NCBI RefSeq assembly: GCF_001194135.2
Contig: NC_068992.1
Span: 15,536,519-15,575,668, forward strand
Source of the DNA: Octopus bimaculoides
Taxonomy: Eukaryota
Reading direction: 5' to 3'
Length of the DNA stretch: 39,150 nucleotides
Part shown: positions 12,598 to 23,315 of the stretch, piece by piece
Position numbering within the stretch: position 1 is the stretch's first letter
How the letters are laid out: every line of letters starts with the position of its first letter
Notes under the pieces: generated by a model
What the model was told of the DNA's origin: nothing
Database searches by the model: none
What the model saw: the letters and a program-made list of their open reading frames with translations, nothing else
Position numbers and translations under genes: made by a program

Positions 12598-13665
12598 CAC
12601 GTGGCCGCAAACACACACACACACACGCACACACACACACACACACACGTAAACAAACAAACACGCACACACATTACGTATTTGTATTAAATTCCATATA
12701 TTTTTTAATACTGTTATCAAATCTGGCAGAAACTGTGTACAGGCGTGTGATGATTTGGAGGATGTATGTATGTGTGTATGTAGGTATTTATGTACGATGC
12801 ACGTTCGCGTATTTATGTGTGTATATGTGTATGATTCTATACGTGTATTTCTCATTGCTGTATTTTATTATTAAAGTATATTTCCCATTTATAATCACTT
12901 TGATCATCCATAATGTTTTCGTTGTTACATTTTTTTTTTTAAACTCAGTTGACAATCAGAATTTTTTTTTTTTTTTGTTTTTAAATATATTCATGTCAGA
13001 TGTATATCTTTCCAATCTAGATTACTTCAAAAACATTTCTCTTTTACTTCACTCTGCTTCTAACTGTCTCTGTGTGTGCGTGTGCATGTGCGTGTGTGTG
13101 TGTGTGTGTGTGCGTGTGTGTGTGTGATATCTGAAACTTCATTTTAAAGATAACGCAGCCGTTCTTCTTGTTCTTATACCACAATTTCTATTCTAGATAT
13201 TGTTTTGAATTTGTTGCTTCGTCAAATCACAATCAGAACATATGTTACATTAATCGCATCAGCCGCACTTACGTGTCGGTCTGCGAAAGCATAGCAGCCA
13301 AATCTCCCTCAAATCCCATTCTTCTCCCTAAGCTTGTGAATATATCCTGAGATAGTTTACAGGCCCTACAATGCAGTTATCAACGATATACATCAAATCG
13401 TCCGAGAGCCATTTATAAAACCTCGCGACTATCGAAACGATACACATCTCTGGCCAGAGACGAAAATTATGTTATCAACATTATATATATATATATATAT
13501 GTATCCATCTTCCGGGGCCAATGATATAATTATCTACATTATATTAAGAATGATAAACAGATTTGTGAAGTATTCCGTATTTTAACAAATTGAACTCAGG
13601 CATGGGTGTATTGCTAATATATGTGTGTGTTTGTGCTTGTGCGTGTGTGTGTGTCAGTTCAAATT

Positions 13666-13991
13666 GAGGGAATGGAGCAGGTAAAATTCAAGCTACATGT
13701 GTTTCCTAGCTAGTAGATCCTCGGAAGTAATAATTACTCAACGTAGGATATCCCACTAGCTAGTCATCAGGCCAAAGATACCTTAGTTGTATGAAGGTTA
13801 CAGTGTCGTTAAGGAATCCTAAGTTAACACGCCGCAAGGATTCCTTAACGACAATGTAACCTTCGTATAACTAAGATATCTTTGGCCTGATGTGTTGCTA
13901 GTGGAACACCCCTTGTTGAGTAGTTATTACTTCCGATGATCTGCTATCTAGGAAACATATGTATCCTGGATTTTACCTGCTCTGTTTCCTC
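13666..13991. mobile_element. Foldback/palindromic MITE-like element
   Basis: 155-bp arms (13666-13820 and 13837-13991), about 85% identical by manual alignment, no indels, 16-nt spacer. Confidence 0.85.
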
Positions 13992-14211
13992 TGTTGGATT
14001 TTCATTCGCATTCGTAGCAACCTTAGTTGCTAACCGTGAATTATAAGAAACCTTTTTTTTTTTAGCTAATAGAACTTCGATATGGGAAAAAAACCTACAA
14101 CTATTACGCCAATAAACTATTGCTGTTCCTGATTTTTTTTTATACCTATCACAGAATGCTCAAAGCTCACTAGCTCCCTAGACCTAGATCTTTGGATCTT
14201 ACGATTTCATA

Positions 14212-15669
14212 TCTATAATACATAAACCCNNNNNNNNNNNNNNNNGTGTAAAAGACGGCCGTATTTTTCAATTGCTTGCGCTGAAATTTTGCACAGTGAG
14301 TGCACCAGTTAAATTTCATAACTGAATCGTTAGTTTCAAAGTGAAATTGGGCGATCAATCAACTGAGTGAATGTTTTCTCACAACAAAATTCAATTGGCA
14401 GTAGAAGCAACAAATTGATTGATAGTTGAACGTGGAAATTTGGGTGGCAAATATCTAAAACTTTAGCTAACAGTTTCTTATACAAAACACAAAATGAGTG
14501 GGGTTTTTCAACTTTTGCGTGACTCGCTTGATTTGACAAGTACATGCCCATTGTGTATTCTTTAATTCCATTTCATGAAGAACGAATATTAGTATCAACA
14601 TTTCCAATGATGAATTATTTTTTATCAGTAATCATAATTCATAATTGAACGATTTTTTGGCAAATTCTTATCATTTTTACGAATTTTACAGATCAAAGTT
14701 ATCGGTTACATTCTAAAAAAAAAACGCACACTTCGGTCGGTTCCGATAGATTATTAATCCACATTGCTACTTTATCGGTCAACATCACATATTGCCGAAC
14801 CCTATATTCCATTTAAAGTCTTCTGGTTACGTAGACTTAAATAATCTTATTTATAAAGAATTTTCATCACTTCCAAATTAATATAAGGTAATTTTAATGC
14901 TAACATCCTTTTTTTCCCAAAGGAAGCTCGGTTTTGGCTGTCTTTCATTTTCAGAGAAACTGTTTCGATTGGCACATTCTTTTTATTTAAACTTCGAACT
15001 TACGTGGGATATTTCTTCGAAACACCCTTTACCTTCTGCTACCTGTCAGTGCACTGGTGTTTGCATCGCTCGTTTACATTTTATCACAATTGCACTGTTG
15101 GTCGATAGAATATCGATTTTCTCGAAGTACGTTCTGTCCACACAAGCTTATAGATGTGAATGCTCATTCACAACTGTCCGCATCCACGTGCGATTTGGTG
15201 CTTACAATACAATTACAAATAATTGTGCGCTTTAGCGTTGTGGGAATTTTTTGTGTTAAAATATTATATTTAGTGCTTGCAAACAGCAACGAGGTAAATT
15301 TAATTGATTTTTTTTAAAGATTCATTCAATTACAGATTTTCGATAGAATGTTTCGAAAAAGCAAGGCTCACATTGACAGAAAAACAACAACAAAATGCTT
15401 CCGTTTTGCGTTCCTTGCGGGCAAACGCGAGAGAAGAACAATGTGTGCATCGGTGTGTTCGTAATGCTGCTTCTAATTCAAGCACCAGAACATCGCAGAC
15501 AGCTCAACAAGCAGAACTCCGGCGTGCTCGCAATCCTGCTTCTAATTCGATCGCCAGAGCATCACAGACAGAAACATAGATAGAGGCGGAACTACACACT
15601 GTAATTGATTCCAGTCCTATCACGAACTTACACTGTAAGCATAACTGGGGGATGGGGGACGTTTGCTAG
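14212..15669 (+). mobile_element. Non-autonomous Helitron with both termini
   Basis: 5' A|TCTATAATACATAAA followed by a short gap (likely microsatellite) and a ...gctgaaattttgcacag subterminal tract; 3' GC-rich degenerate tract then TTTGCTAG|T; lies between host A and T. Confidence 0.65.
15340..15600 (+). pseudogene. Helitron RepHel N-terminal-like remnant
   Basis: RLTLTEKQQQNASVLRSLRANAREEQ...RNAASNSSTRTSQTAQQAELRRARNPASNSIARASQTET: repeated R/A/E-rich helical units like those at Helitron ORF N-termini; lies inside the Helitron termini. Confidence 0.5.
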
Positions 15670-15799
15670 TCAACATATATATATATAAGTTCAAAAAAGG
15701 AAAAAGACAAAAAAAAACAACAACAAAAAACAACAACGTGAGGACCTGATACAGATTGTCTTACTAGACGCTCGGGAAAGGAAAGAAAGAGAATTTGAG

Positions 15800-15823
15800 G
15801 TTTCGAGCGGAGCTCTTCGTCGG
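15800..15823 (-). ncRNA. Degenerate hammerhead core in a Penelope-like terminal fragment
   Basis: Minus strand CCGACGA-A-GAGC-tcc-GCTC-GAAAC; U4 to C change; helices I and III are not intact. Confidence 0.4.
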
Positions 15824-16542
15824 AAACAAAGAAAGTCCAAAGAAGGGAAAAACGGAGGAAGAAAATATCGCCACCGATATCCACGAGGTTACACATATAT
15901 ATATATATATATATCAACATATATACATATATCTATCTATCTATCTATCTACTGACTTGGGATTCATATTTACCATAAAGTTTGAGGTCATCCATGAATA
16001 ACAAGTGGTTGGCTTTTTGTTGGCGGTTTTTGAATACAAACCCAGCCTTCTTTGCTTTCCTCATAATCAGTGTTAGTGGTATCATGCACAATACAAAGAC
16101 CAGTGGGGACAGGCAGTCTCCTTGGAAGATGCTCCTCCTGATTTCTATTGTCCTTAAACCTCTTCCATATGCTGACAGTTCCGCCCTCCACTTTGCTCAA
16201 CATTTGATGTAATACAAAATAGGTTCATACATTCCATATTCCAAGAATGTGGGATCATATCGTACGTCTTACGATAATCGATCCATGACATGGCTAAATT
16301 AGTTTTTTTTTCCTCTTGCAGTCTCTAAGTACAGTTTTGTCTACCAGGAGTTGATCCTTGGTACCTCTGTAGTTACGCTTGCAACCCTTCTTCTCATGTG
16401 GCAGGACTCTATTTTTTCCAGATGTCCGTACATTGACTCTACGACTATTCCAGTCAATAATTTCCACTTTATTATTATTATTATTATTATTACTATTACT
16501 ACTATTATTATTATTATTACTATTACTATTATTATTATTATT

Positions 16543-16757
16543 AAGGCGGTGAGCTGGCAGAATCGTTAGCACGCCAGACAAAATGCTTAGCGATGTTTCG
16601 TCTGCCACTAAGTTCTCAGTTCAAATTCCCCCGAGGTCGACTTTGCCTTTCATCCTTTCGTGGTCGATGAAATAAGTACTAGTTATGCACTGGAGTCTAA
16701 TTTAATCGACTAGCCTCCTTTCCCAAAAATGTTCAATACCTTGTGCCTAGAGTAGAA
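16543..16757 (+). mobile_element. SINE family B, near full length, after (TAT)n
   Basis: aaggcggtgagctggcagaatcgttagcacg...gaggtcgactttgcctttcatcc. Confidence 0.9.
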
Positions 16758-16828
16758 ATAATAATAAGAAGAAGAAGACGAAGAAGAAGTAGTAGTAGTA
16801 GTATGTGATATACACTGGGATTCCACAC

Positions 16829-16905
16829 AATATCCGTCTGCCAAATTTATTCACAAGTCATTGGCCGGTCCAGGGCTATAGTAGGGGATACTTGCGGACG
16901 TCGCC
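16829..16905 (-). mobile_element. SINE family A fragment, diverged
   Basis: ccgtctgccaaatttattcacaag...gggctatagtag. Confidence 0.6.
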
Positions 16906-17679
16906 AATCTTTCACTTCCGCTCTCACTGGTTTCTATTTCAAATCCCTGGAAGACTACCTTTCACTCTTCTTCTACTTACCATGCAATACCACTTCCCTA
17001 CACTCACACAAACTCACACACACACACACACCATCACCGCCACTCATAGATTTGTGATCACGTGCTAATGTGTGAAATCAATACATTTGTTAGTTTGATT
17101 CGTTCACAGAATCAGTAGCACAGTGGACTAAAGGCCTTAACGTGTTTTGTTTTCTTTCTATCTATCTATCTTCTCATTAATAACTTTTGCCTCTTCATTA
17201 ATATCTTTTGCAGACATCAAACAACTATTTTCAGTTCTCCACGCTACGTTCTGTATTCATTGATAATTCCAATTACAAAAAAAAAAATAGAGAAAAAGAA
17301 AAATAGAAAAAAAACGTGTACCGTGTATTCCTCAGGTGGTAGGTTTGTATTCCACGGGATCGCTTGTGTAAAGAAAACAGACACGAACAATCAAGGTAAT
17401 TATGAAAAGAATGACCAAGATCAGAGAGAATGTATAATAATTTGATCAACACAAAGTACACATAATTACGCTAGACACAAACCAAACACACAACCAAATC
17501 AAAAGAGACATAATTAACCTGCAAGAACGGTAGACCTGTCTTCCTAATTTTATTGTTAGCTACGTACATGAAGAGCTGAATATATGGCTAGGGGTATTCA
17601 GACAATGCCGGTCAAGGCGTGGTTTATGGTTCGTTTTACGGCAAACGTACGGCCTGTCTAAGACTCTTAGGTACCTTGG

Positions 17680-17760
17680 ACAAGTGGCTTCAGCTAAAGC
17701 CACGGGCTGACCAATTCCTTGCGAGTAAATTTGATAAACGGAAACAGAGTGAAAGCCCCT
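17680..17760 (+). mobile_element. SINE family A fragment
   Basis: ccttggacaagtggcttc...gagtaaatttgataaacggaaac. Confidence 0.6.
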
Positions 17761-17804
17761 CATATATATATCTTTATCTATCAGTTTTGGGGGGGGTTTT
17801 TTGT

Positions 17805-18670
17805 TTTGTCACTGGACTGCGACCATACTGGGGCACGTCCTTGAAGAGTTTTAGTCGAACAAATCAACTCCGGTACTTATTCTAGTTTTGTCATTTGCTA
17901 AATCGCTTAGTTATGGTGACGTAAACAAACCAACAAAGGTTGTCAAGCAGTGGTGGGGAGGCAATACTTTCTCACTCACACATACATATATACATTCTTG
18001 TGTGTATGTGTGGATGTACGNNNNNNNNNNNNNNNNNNNNNNNNNNNNNNNNNNNNNNNNNNNNNNNNNNNNNNNNNNNNNNNNNNNNNNNNNNNNNNNN
18101 NNNNNNNNNNNNNNNNNNNNNNNNNNNNNNNNNNNNNNNNNNNNNNNNNNNNNNNNNNNNNNNNNNNNNNNNNNNNNNNNNNNNNNNNNNNNNNNNNNNN
18201 NNNNNNNNNNNNNNNNNNNNNNNNNNNNNNNNNNNNNNNNNNNNNNNNNNNNNNNNNNNNNNNNNNNNNNNNNNNNNNNNNNNNNNNNNNNNNNNNNNNN
18301 NNNNNNNNNNNNNNNNNNNNNNNNNNNNNNNNNNNNNNNNNNNNNNNNNNNNNNNNNNNNNNNNNNNNNNNNNNNNNNNNNNNNNNNNNNNNNNNNNNNN
18401 NNNNNNNNNNNNNNNNNNNNNNNNNNNNNNNNNNNNNNNNNNNNNNNNNNNNNNNNNNNNNNNNNNNNNNNNNNNNNNNNNNNNNNNNNNNNNNNATATA
18501 TATATATATACACAGATAAGACGTGCTTCTTTCAGTTTCCGTCTACCAAATCCACTCACAATCAATCTCACAATGCTTTAGTCGGCCCGAGACTATAGTA
18601 GAAGAGTCACACAGTGGGACTGAACCCGGAACCATGTGACTAGGAAACAAACTTCTTATCACACAGCCTC
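17805..18670 (-). mobile_element. SINE family A spanning a gap
   Basis: Tail (ttagtcgaacaaatcaac...ggttgtcaagcagtggtgg) left of the gap; head (ttcagtttccgtctaccaaatccactcaca...gggactgaacccggaaccatgtg) right of it. Confidence 0.8.
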
Positions 18671-19518
18671 TGTAGCTTAACGGTTCGGCTAAATAATTAT
18701 GGCCTAAACTCTTACAAACTCAACCAATCAACAAGCATCGTGGTCACATGACTACATGTTCGACACACGGACATACGTTTAGTGAATAACACATGTCCAC
18801 ACATTCAGAGCAGGAAATGTATGATTGATTATCGAATTGACAGTGTGTATGAATGGAATGATAATTATACAGTGCTGTTCCCCAGAGATACAAAGTCAGC
18901 GATTTGCAAAGAGATGGCTGTTGCATAATTAAGCGGATTTACTCAGAACGTTTTAAGAGGAAACTAAATACTATGATGTCCGACAGTTTGTGCTACTCTA
19001 ATACCTTAATTAGCAGCAAACAGTAATTAACAAGAGGTTCGTTATTTTATAGAAAGAAATTTATGAATTGTCTAAGTTTATGAGTCGTGTGGGGAATAAC
19101 ATGGTAATGTTTCAGAGCCTGAGATTTCGTCTGTGGCAGATGACAAAAACAGAAAAGAAAAGGGAATTACTACTATTTTTACCGACTCTGAGAAGCGTTT
19201 CTTAGTATTCTTTATCTCACTCACACACAGACACACACACACACACATAGCACACATACATACACACATTCAAACACACAAACATAAACGAGAGAGTGAT
19301 GAAAATTTCCAGGCTTTGGGAAAAAGAAATTACAAGAGAATCGGTTAATTCTGATTTTATTCAACATATTCCCCTTCTCAGACTCAGACACTTGTTGCAG
19401 TGGTCCTTCAGTTTTTCTAAGCTCTGTAAAAGAACTCGGAAAGTTGGGGCTACAACCAGTCCTTTTGCGACACCCTTAAAGACAGGAACTTTTCAACACC
19501 CTTTTGTGCGTGTGTATG

Positions 19519-19556
<38 letters not shown>

Positions 19557-19764
19557 GAGGTGTGTATGATTGTGTATAGAAGAATATATTACTCAAAGAA
19601 ATTTCAACTTTGATTTTCACGTTTTATTTACAATCTTATAATAATATAATATATGATAAGATAATATGATGAAATGATAGAATATTAAATGTCCATTCTA
19701 ATTGAACTAGTACTTTCATGCATTAAACTATGTAATCTTCAGGTTCATGTAGTGGTGGTGACTA

Positions 19765-20023
19765 CTGAAAGAAGTCCGTCGTATATATGTGTGTGTGTAT
19801 GTGTGTTTTTGTATGTCTGTGTTTGTCCTTCCTCCACCATCGCTTGACAACCGATGTTGTTGTGTTTACGTCCCTGAAACTTAGCGGTTCGACAAAGGAG
19901 TCCGATAGAATAAGTACTAGGCTTACAAAGAATAAGTCCTGGGGCCGATTTGTTTGACTAAGGGTGGTTCTCCAGCATTGCCGCTGTCAAAATGACTGAA
20001 ACAAGTAAAAGAATAAAAGAAGA

Positions 20024-20025
<2 letters not shown>
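19765..20025 (+). mobile_element. SINE family A, 3' part
   Basis: ctgaaagaagtccgtcgtatat(TG)n...ccaccatcgcttgacaaccgatg...gatagaataagtactaggcttacaaagaataagtcc. Confidence 0.9.
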
Positions 20026-20055
<30 letters not shown>

Positions 20056-20056
20056 T

Positions 20057-20196
20057 TATACGACGGACTTCTTTCAGTTTCCCTCGATCAAATTCACCTG
20101 TACGGTTTTGACTGGCCAAGGTCATAGAAGAAGCCACATAGTGGGACCGAACCCAGAACCATGTGGTTGGGAGGCAATCTTCTTACCACACAGCCC
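20057..20196 (-). mobile_element. SINE family A head
   Basis: tacgacggacttctttcagttt...gggaccgaacccagaaccatgtgg...cttaccacacagcc. Confidence 0.85.
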
Positions 20197-20796
20197 CACG
20201 ATTGCGCCTATGTGCAGAAATTCTCAAATATTTCGTGTTGATAATCACCGAGTGGATCTCGGTAATATACGAGCCTTGATGATAGGCAGAGAGTCGGGTA
20301 GAACAGCAACCACCTTGAAACGGTTTTGGAACTCGAAAGACAGATAAACAGTAACAGACGCAAGGAATGTATTTATACGAAGAATTACGTATCACGTGAT
20401 TTGTATATGAAATTTTGCTTATAAACACATTCCTTACACCTGTTATTGTCGATCTGTCTTTCTCTGTATAAGTGTATACGTGCAGGTATGTGTATAAGTA
20501 TGTGTGCACGTACGTGTTTGTATCTGTGTGTGCAAGCGCGTGTAGTTAAATATTTCGTAGAGCAGCGGAGTTGTGATATGGGCCTATAAAAGATAACAGT
20601 AGACTGTTCCATATTTCGAACCCTGAGGCGGAATTCTTCAACGCCTCCGTCAAACACCTAACGACCTTTACGTGGCGTATCGCACTTGCTAAAAATAGTA
20701 ACCAAATTTCCAAAAGTAACCAAAATTTCCTATAAATCATCCTCTCGTCTTCAGAAAAAAGGCACACCTCGAATAATATGATCTAAAGTTTCTTAT

Positions 20797-21005
20797 AATT
20801 TGGTTTCAAATTTGGGCACAAGGTTAGAAATTTCGGAGTAGGAGTTAAGACGATTACATTGACCCCACTATTCGATTATATCGATCTCAGTACTCGACCC
20901 CCGAAAGATGAACGGTAAAGCTGACTTTGGTGGAATTTGAACTCAGAACCTAAAGACAAACGAAATGTCGATAAGCATTTTGCCCGGTGCTCTATCGATT
21001 CTGCC
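20797..21005 (-). mobile_element. SINE family B, diverged
   Basis: cgacccccgaaagatgaacggtaaagctgactttggtggaatttgaactcagaac...gcattttgcccggtgc. Confidence 0.8.
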
Positions 21006-21126
21006 AGGTTTCCTACATATTTGAAAAAAGGATGTGATGGTGAACGCTGGAAGGCCTCCGGTCATAAGGTTTCCAACATATTTGAAAAAAGGATGTGATG
21101 GTCAACACTGGAAGGATTCTGGTCAT
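21006..21126. repeat. Two-copy tandem duplication of about 62 bp
   Basis: aggtttcctacatatttgaaaaaggatgtgatggtgaacgctggaaggcctccggtcat, then aggtttccaacatatttgaaaaaaggatgtgatggtcaacactggaaggattctggtcat. Confidence 0.9.
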
Positions 21127-21359
21127 ATTTCTGCTTCATATTTCTTTATAAGTACAGAACAATCAACTGTCATTCACAAGCATATGTATGACTTACTAAC
21201 TTGTACCATGCTTTCGATAATTGTTTTAGGTGCCCGTATAGTCACAAGCAAACATTTACAAGCTCCCCGCCATCCCAACATTGAACCAACAGAATATCCT
21301 TTCTCTTGTGACAGTTGTGGAGGGCGGTGGGACCGAGGGTTGAACCAGCTTTTTTAAAT

Positions 21360-21500
21360 TACTCATTTCCAGCTGAACAGACTAGAGTGCCTTGAAAAAA
21401 AATATTCTAATCAAGGACAAAACGTGCTATCCGGGTCCAGGAATTGAACCCACCACCTTATGGTCATGAGCTGAACACGTCTAATCACTAGGTCACGTAC
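21360..21500 (-). mobile_element. tRNA-derived SINE head (third family)
   Basis: Minus strand cgtgacctagtgattagacgtgttcagctcatgacc...gtgggttcaattcctggacc: A-box- and B-box-like motifs, then ttgtccttga. Confidence 0.55.
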
Positions 21501-21810
21501 CTTCACTATCATTTTAATACAAATGTTCCTTTCTATTATAGACACTAGGCCTGAAAATTTTGCGGTAAAGTATTCAAGTATGTCTAAAAAACAGATTTCT
21601 TCCTTCACAATGACATTTGACGATTTCTAGGGATATCATGTTATAGGCATATAATTTGCAGATTTTGTGTTCTAGATTCTGTATCAATAGAATAGACCGA
21701 TCCTAGGTCATCTTTTGTATTTTCTTTATCATGGGCAAAAAATATCCCCGTTTCTGGCCGAAATCTTACTACAATTAAACTACCTATACACAAAATTAAG
21801 CAATGGAGCA

Positions 21811-21862
21811 GTACTACTGATGAGCTTTGATTTCAAGCGAAATTGGCTTGCCAGTTTAGTAC
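21811..21862 (+). ncRNA. Complete type I hammerhead ribozyme
   Basis: GTACTA-CTGATGA-GCTT-tgatttc-AAGC-GAAA-TTGG-cttg-CCAG-T-T-TAGTAC: intact CUGANGA/GAAA/UH core, 6-bp helix I, 4-bp helix II, 5-bp helix III (A-U, U.G, U-A, G-C, G-C). Confidence 0.85.
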
Positions 21863-23245
21863 CCTCACTCGCTATGGGGCGATTAACTCCCCTGTCGGTA
21901 CATTGGCTTGTGCTATGGTTTCTGGCTATAAGGGTCTTTAATTCTTATTTCTAGCGATGTAGGGGTTACAATGCAGCATCAGTCACAATTAGTGACAATT
22001 GAATTCTTCTTGTTTGGTTTTATATTGCGTCTCGCCACCTTTATCATTTTATGCACAAAATTATATACGTTCATAATTTTATTATACTTTACTTAAGGGA
22101 AAGTTGATAATGAAGCATTTTTCACACTTTGGCCAACTTCTCCATAGCTAGATCAGGACAACACCAATCAAAATTACATTTCTTGTGAAAAATCAAGGTA
22201 GTGTGTATACCAATATCTTGACTTGGTTTCTTAACCCATTACCTCCCATAATTCTATTAACTGGAATTTTTTATGAAACTTTGATTTTTAGCATAAAACA
22301 GCCCTAGAAACACGCTGGAATGATCAAAATAACATTTCAAAATAACGTTTTAAATAGAAATAACCAAGATATTGGGTGAAAAATTAGCAAACCTAATTTG
22401 AATATCAGAGAAATATACCTAGTAGATATAGAAAAGAAGTTAGATGTGTGTAAATATTGACAGATAATTACGAAATTTGTAATTTTTAAGTGATCCCATA
22501 TGGATTCAGCTCGAAAAAAGGTCCAGGAAACATGTCTATTCAGCAGGAGCCTTTCCGTTTCCAAATTCTGCAAGCTTGTGTTATAGAGAGAACATGAAAT
22601 GCTATTTATGGTGGTGCTTCAGGATGGTCTTCACCGTGATGGTTAAAACAAATATGCACGTCATCAGATCCCAGAAAATATCCAAACCCGGATACAATAT
22701 AATGCCTTTCACGCCCACACCTCTTCTTAGGGGCTTTAGGTGCAAGTGTTTGGCGGTGGAGGGGGATAAGCTTATATTATACCTCCGTGCTGGAACTGAA
22801 TCGTTTCCAGTGTTGGTTAATGTGAGAAGAAAAGTGATGAGAGAGAGAGAGAAGAAGAAGAAGAAGAAGAAGAGTGAAATATTGAGAGGGGGAGGCAGAG
22901 GTGATGCGGAAGAACAGTCAGAGATTAATGTAATATCTTGTCATTTCCTATAATGTGTGTGTATGCATGTGTGTTTTTTCATATGTATATGCTTTGGTAG
23001 AAACGTATATGTGTGCATACGTGTATATGTATGCTTGTGTGTGTGTGTCTGATTATTTGGTTGCCTGTGTGTGTGTGTGTGTGTGTGTGTGATCGTATGT
23101 GTAGAAGATTGGGAAGCACGATCAAATTGTTTCATTAATGGGACCGGAGAGGTTTCTAACGCATTACATGCCTCATTTCAGAGAATTAAGGCTAACAGAC
23201 CTGATCGAATCAGCATTTACAACTTTACCATTCCTCATTCATCCG

Positions 23246-23315
<70 letters not shown>

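Noticed and set aside
19105-19140. Hammerhead-like CAGACGA...GAAAC on the minus strand
   Set aside because: Core is mutated, helix II does not pair, and there is no helix I or III.
20540-20700. TATA box (20585) with Inr-like CCATATT, and a minus-strand peptide VFDGGVEEFRLRVRN
   Set aside because: Short motifs are expected by chance in AT-rich DNA; no downstream gene or recognisable domain.
21884-21935. Twister-ribozyme-like start (taactcccctgt) next to the hammerhead
   Set aside because: Lacks the downstream GGUNNNAAGCCC-type conserved segment and pseudoknot partners.
23138-23250. LRR-like peptide FRELRLTDLIESAFTTLP
   Set aside because: Lacks the conserved Asn and correct repeat length, is single, and runs into a microsatellite.
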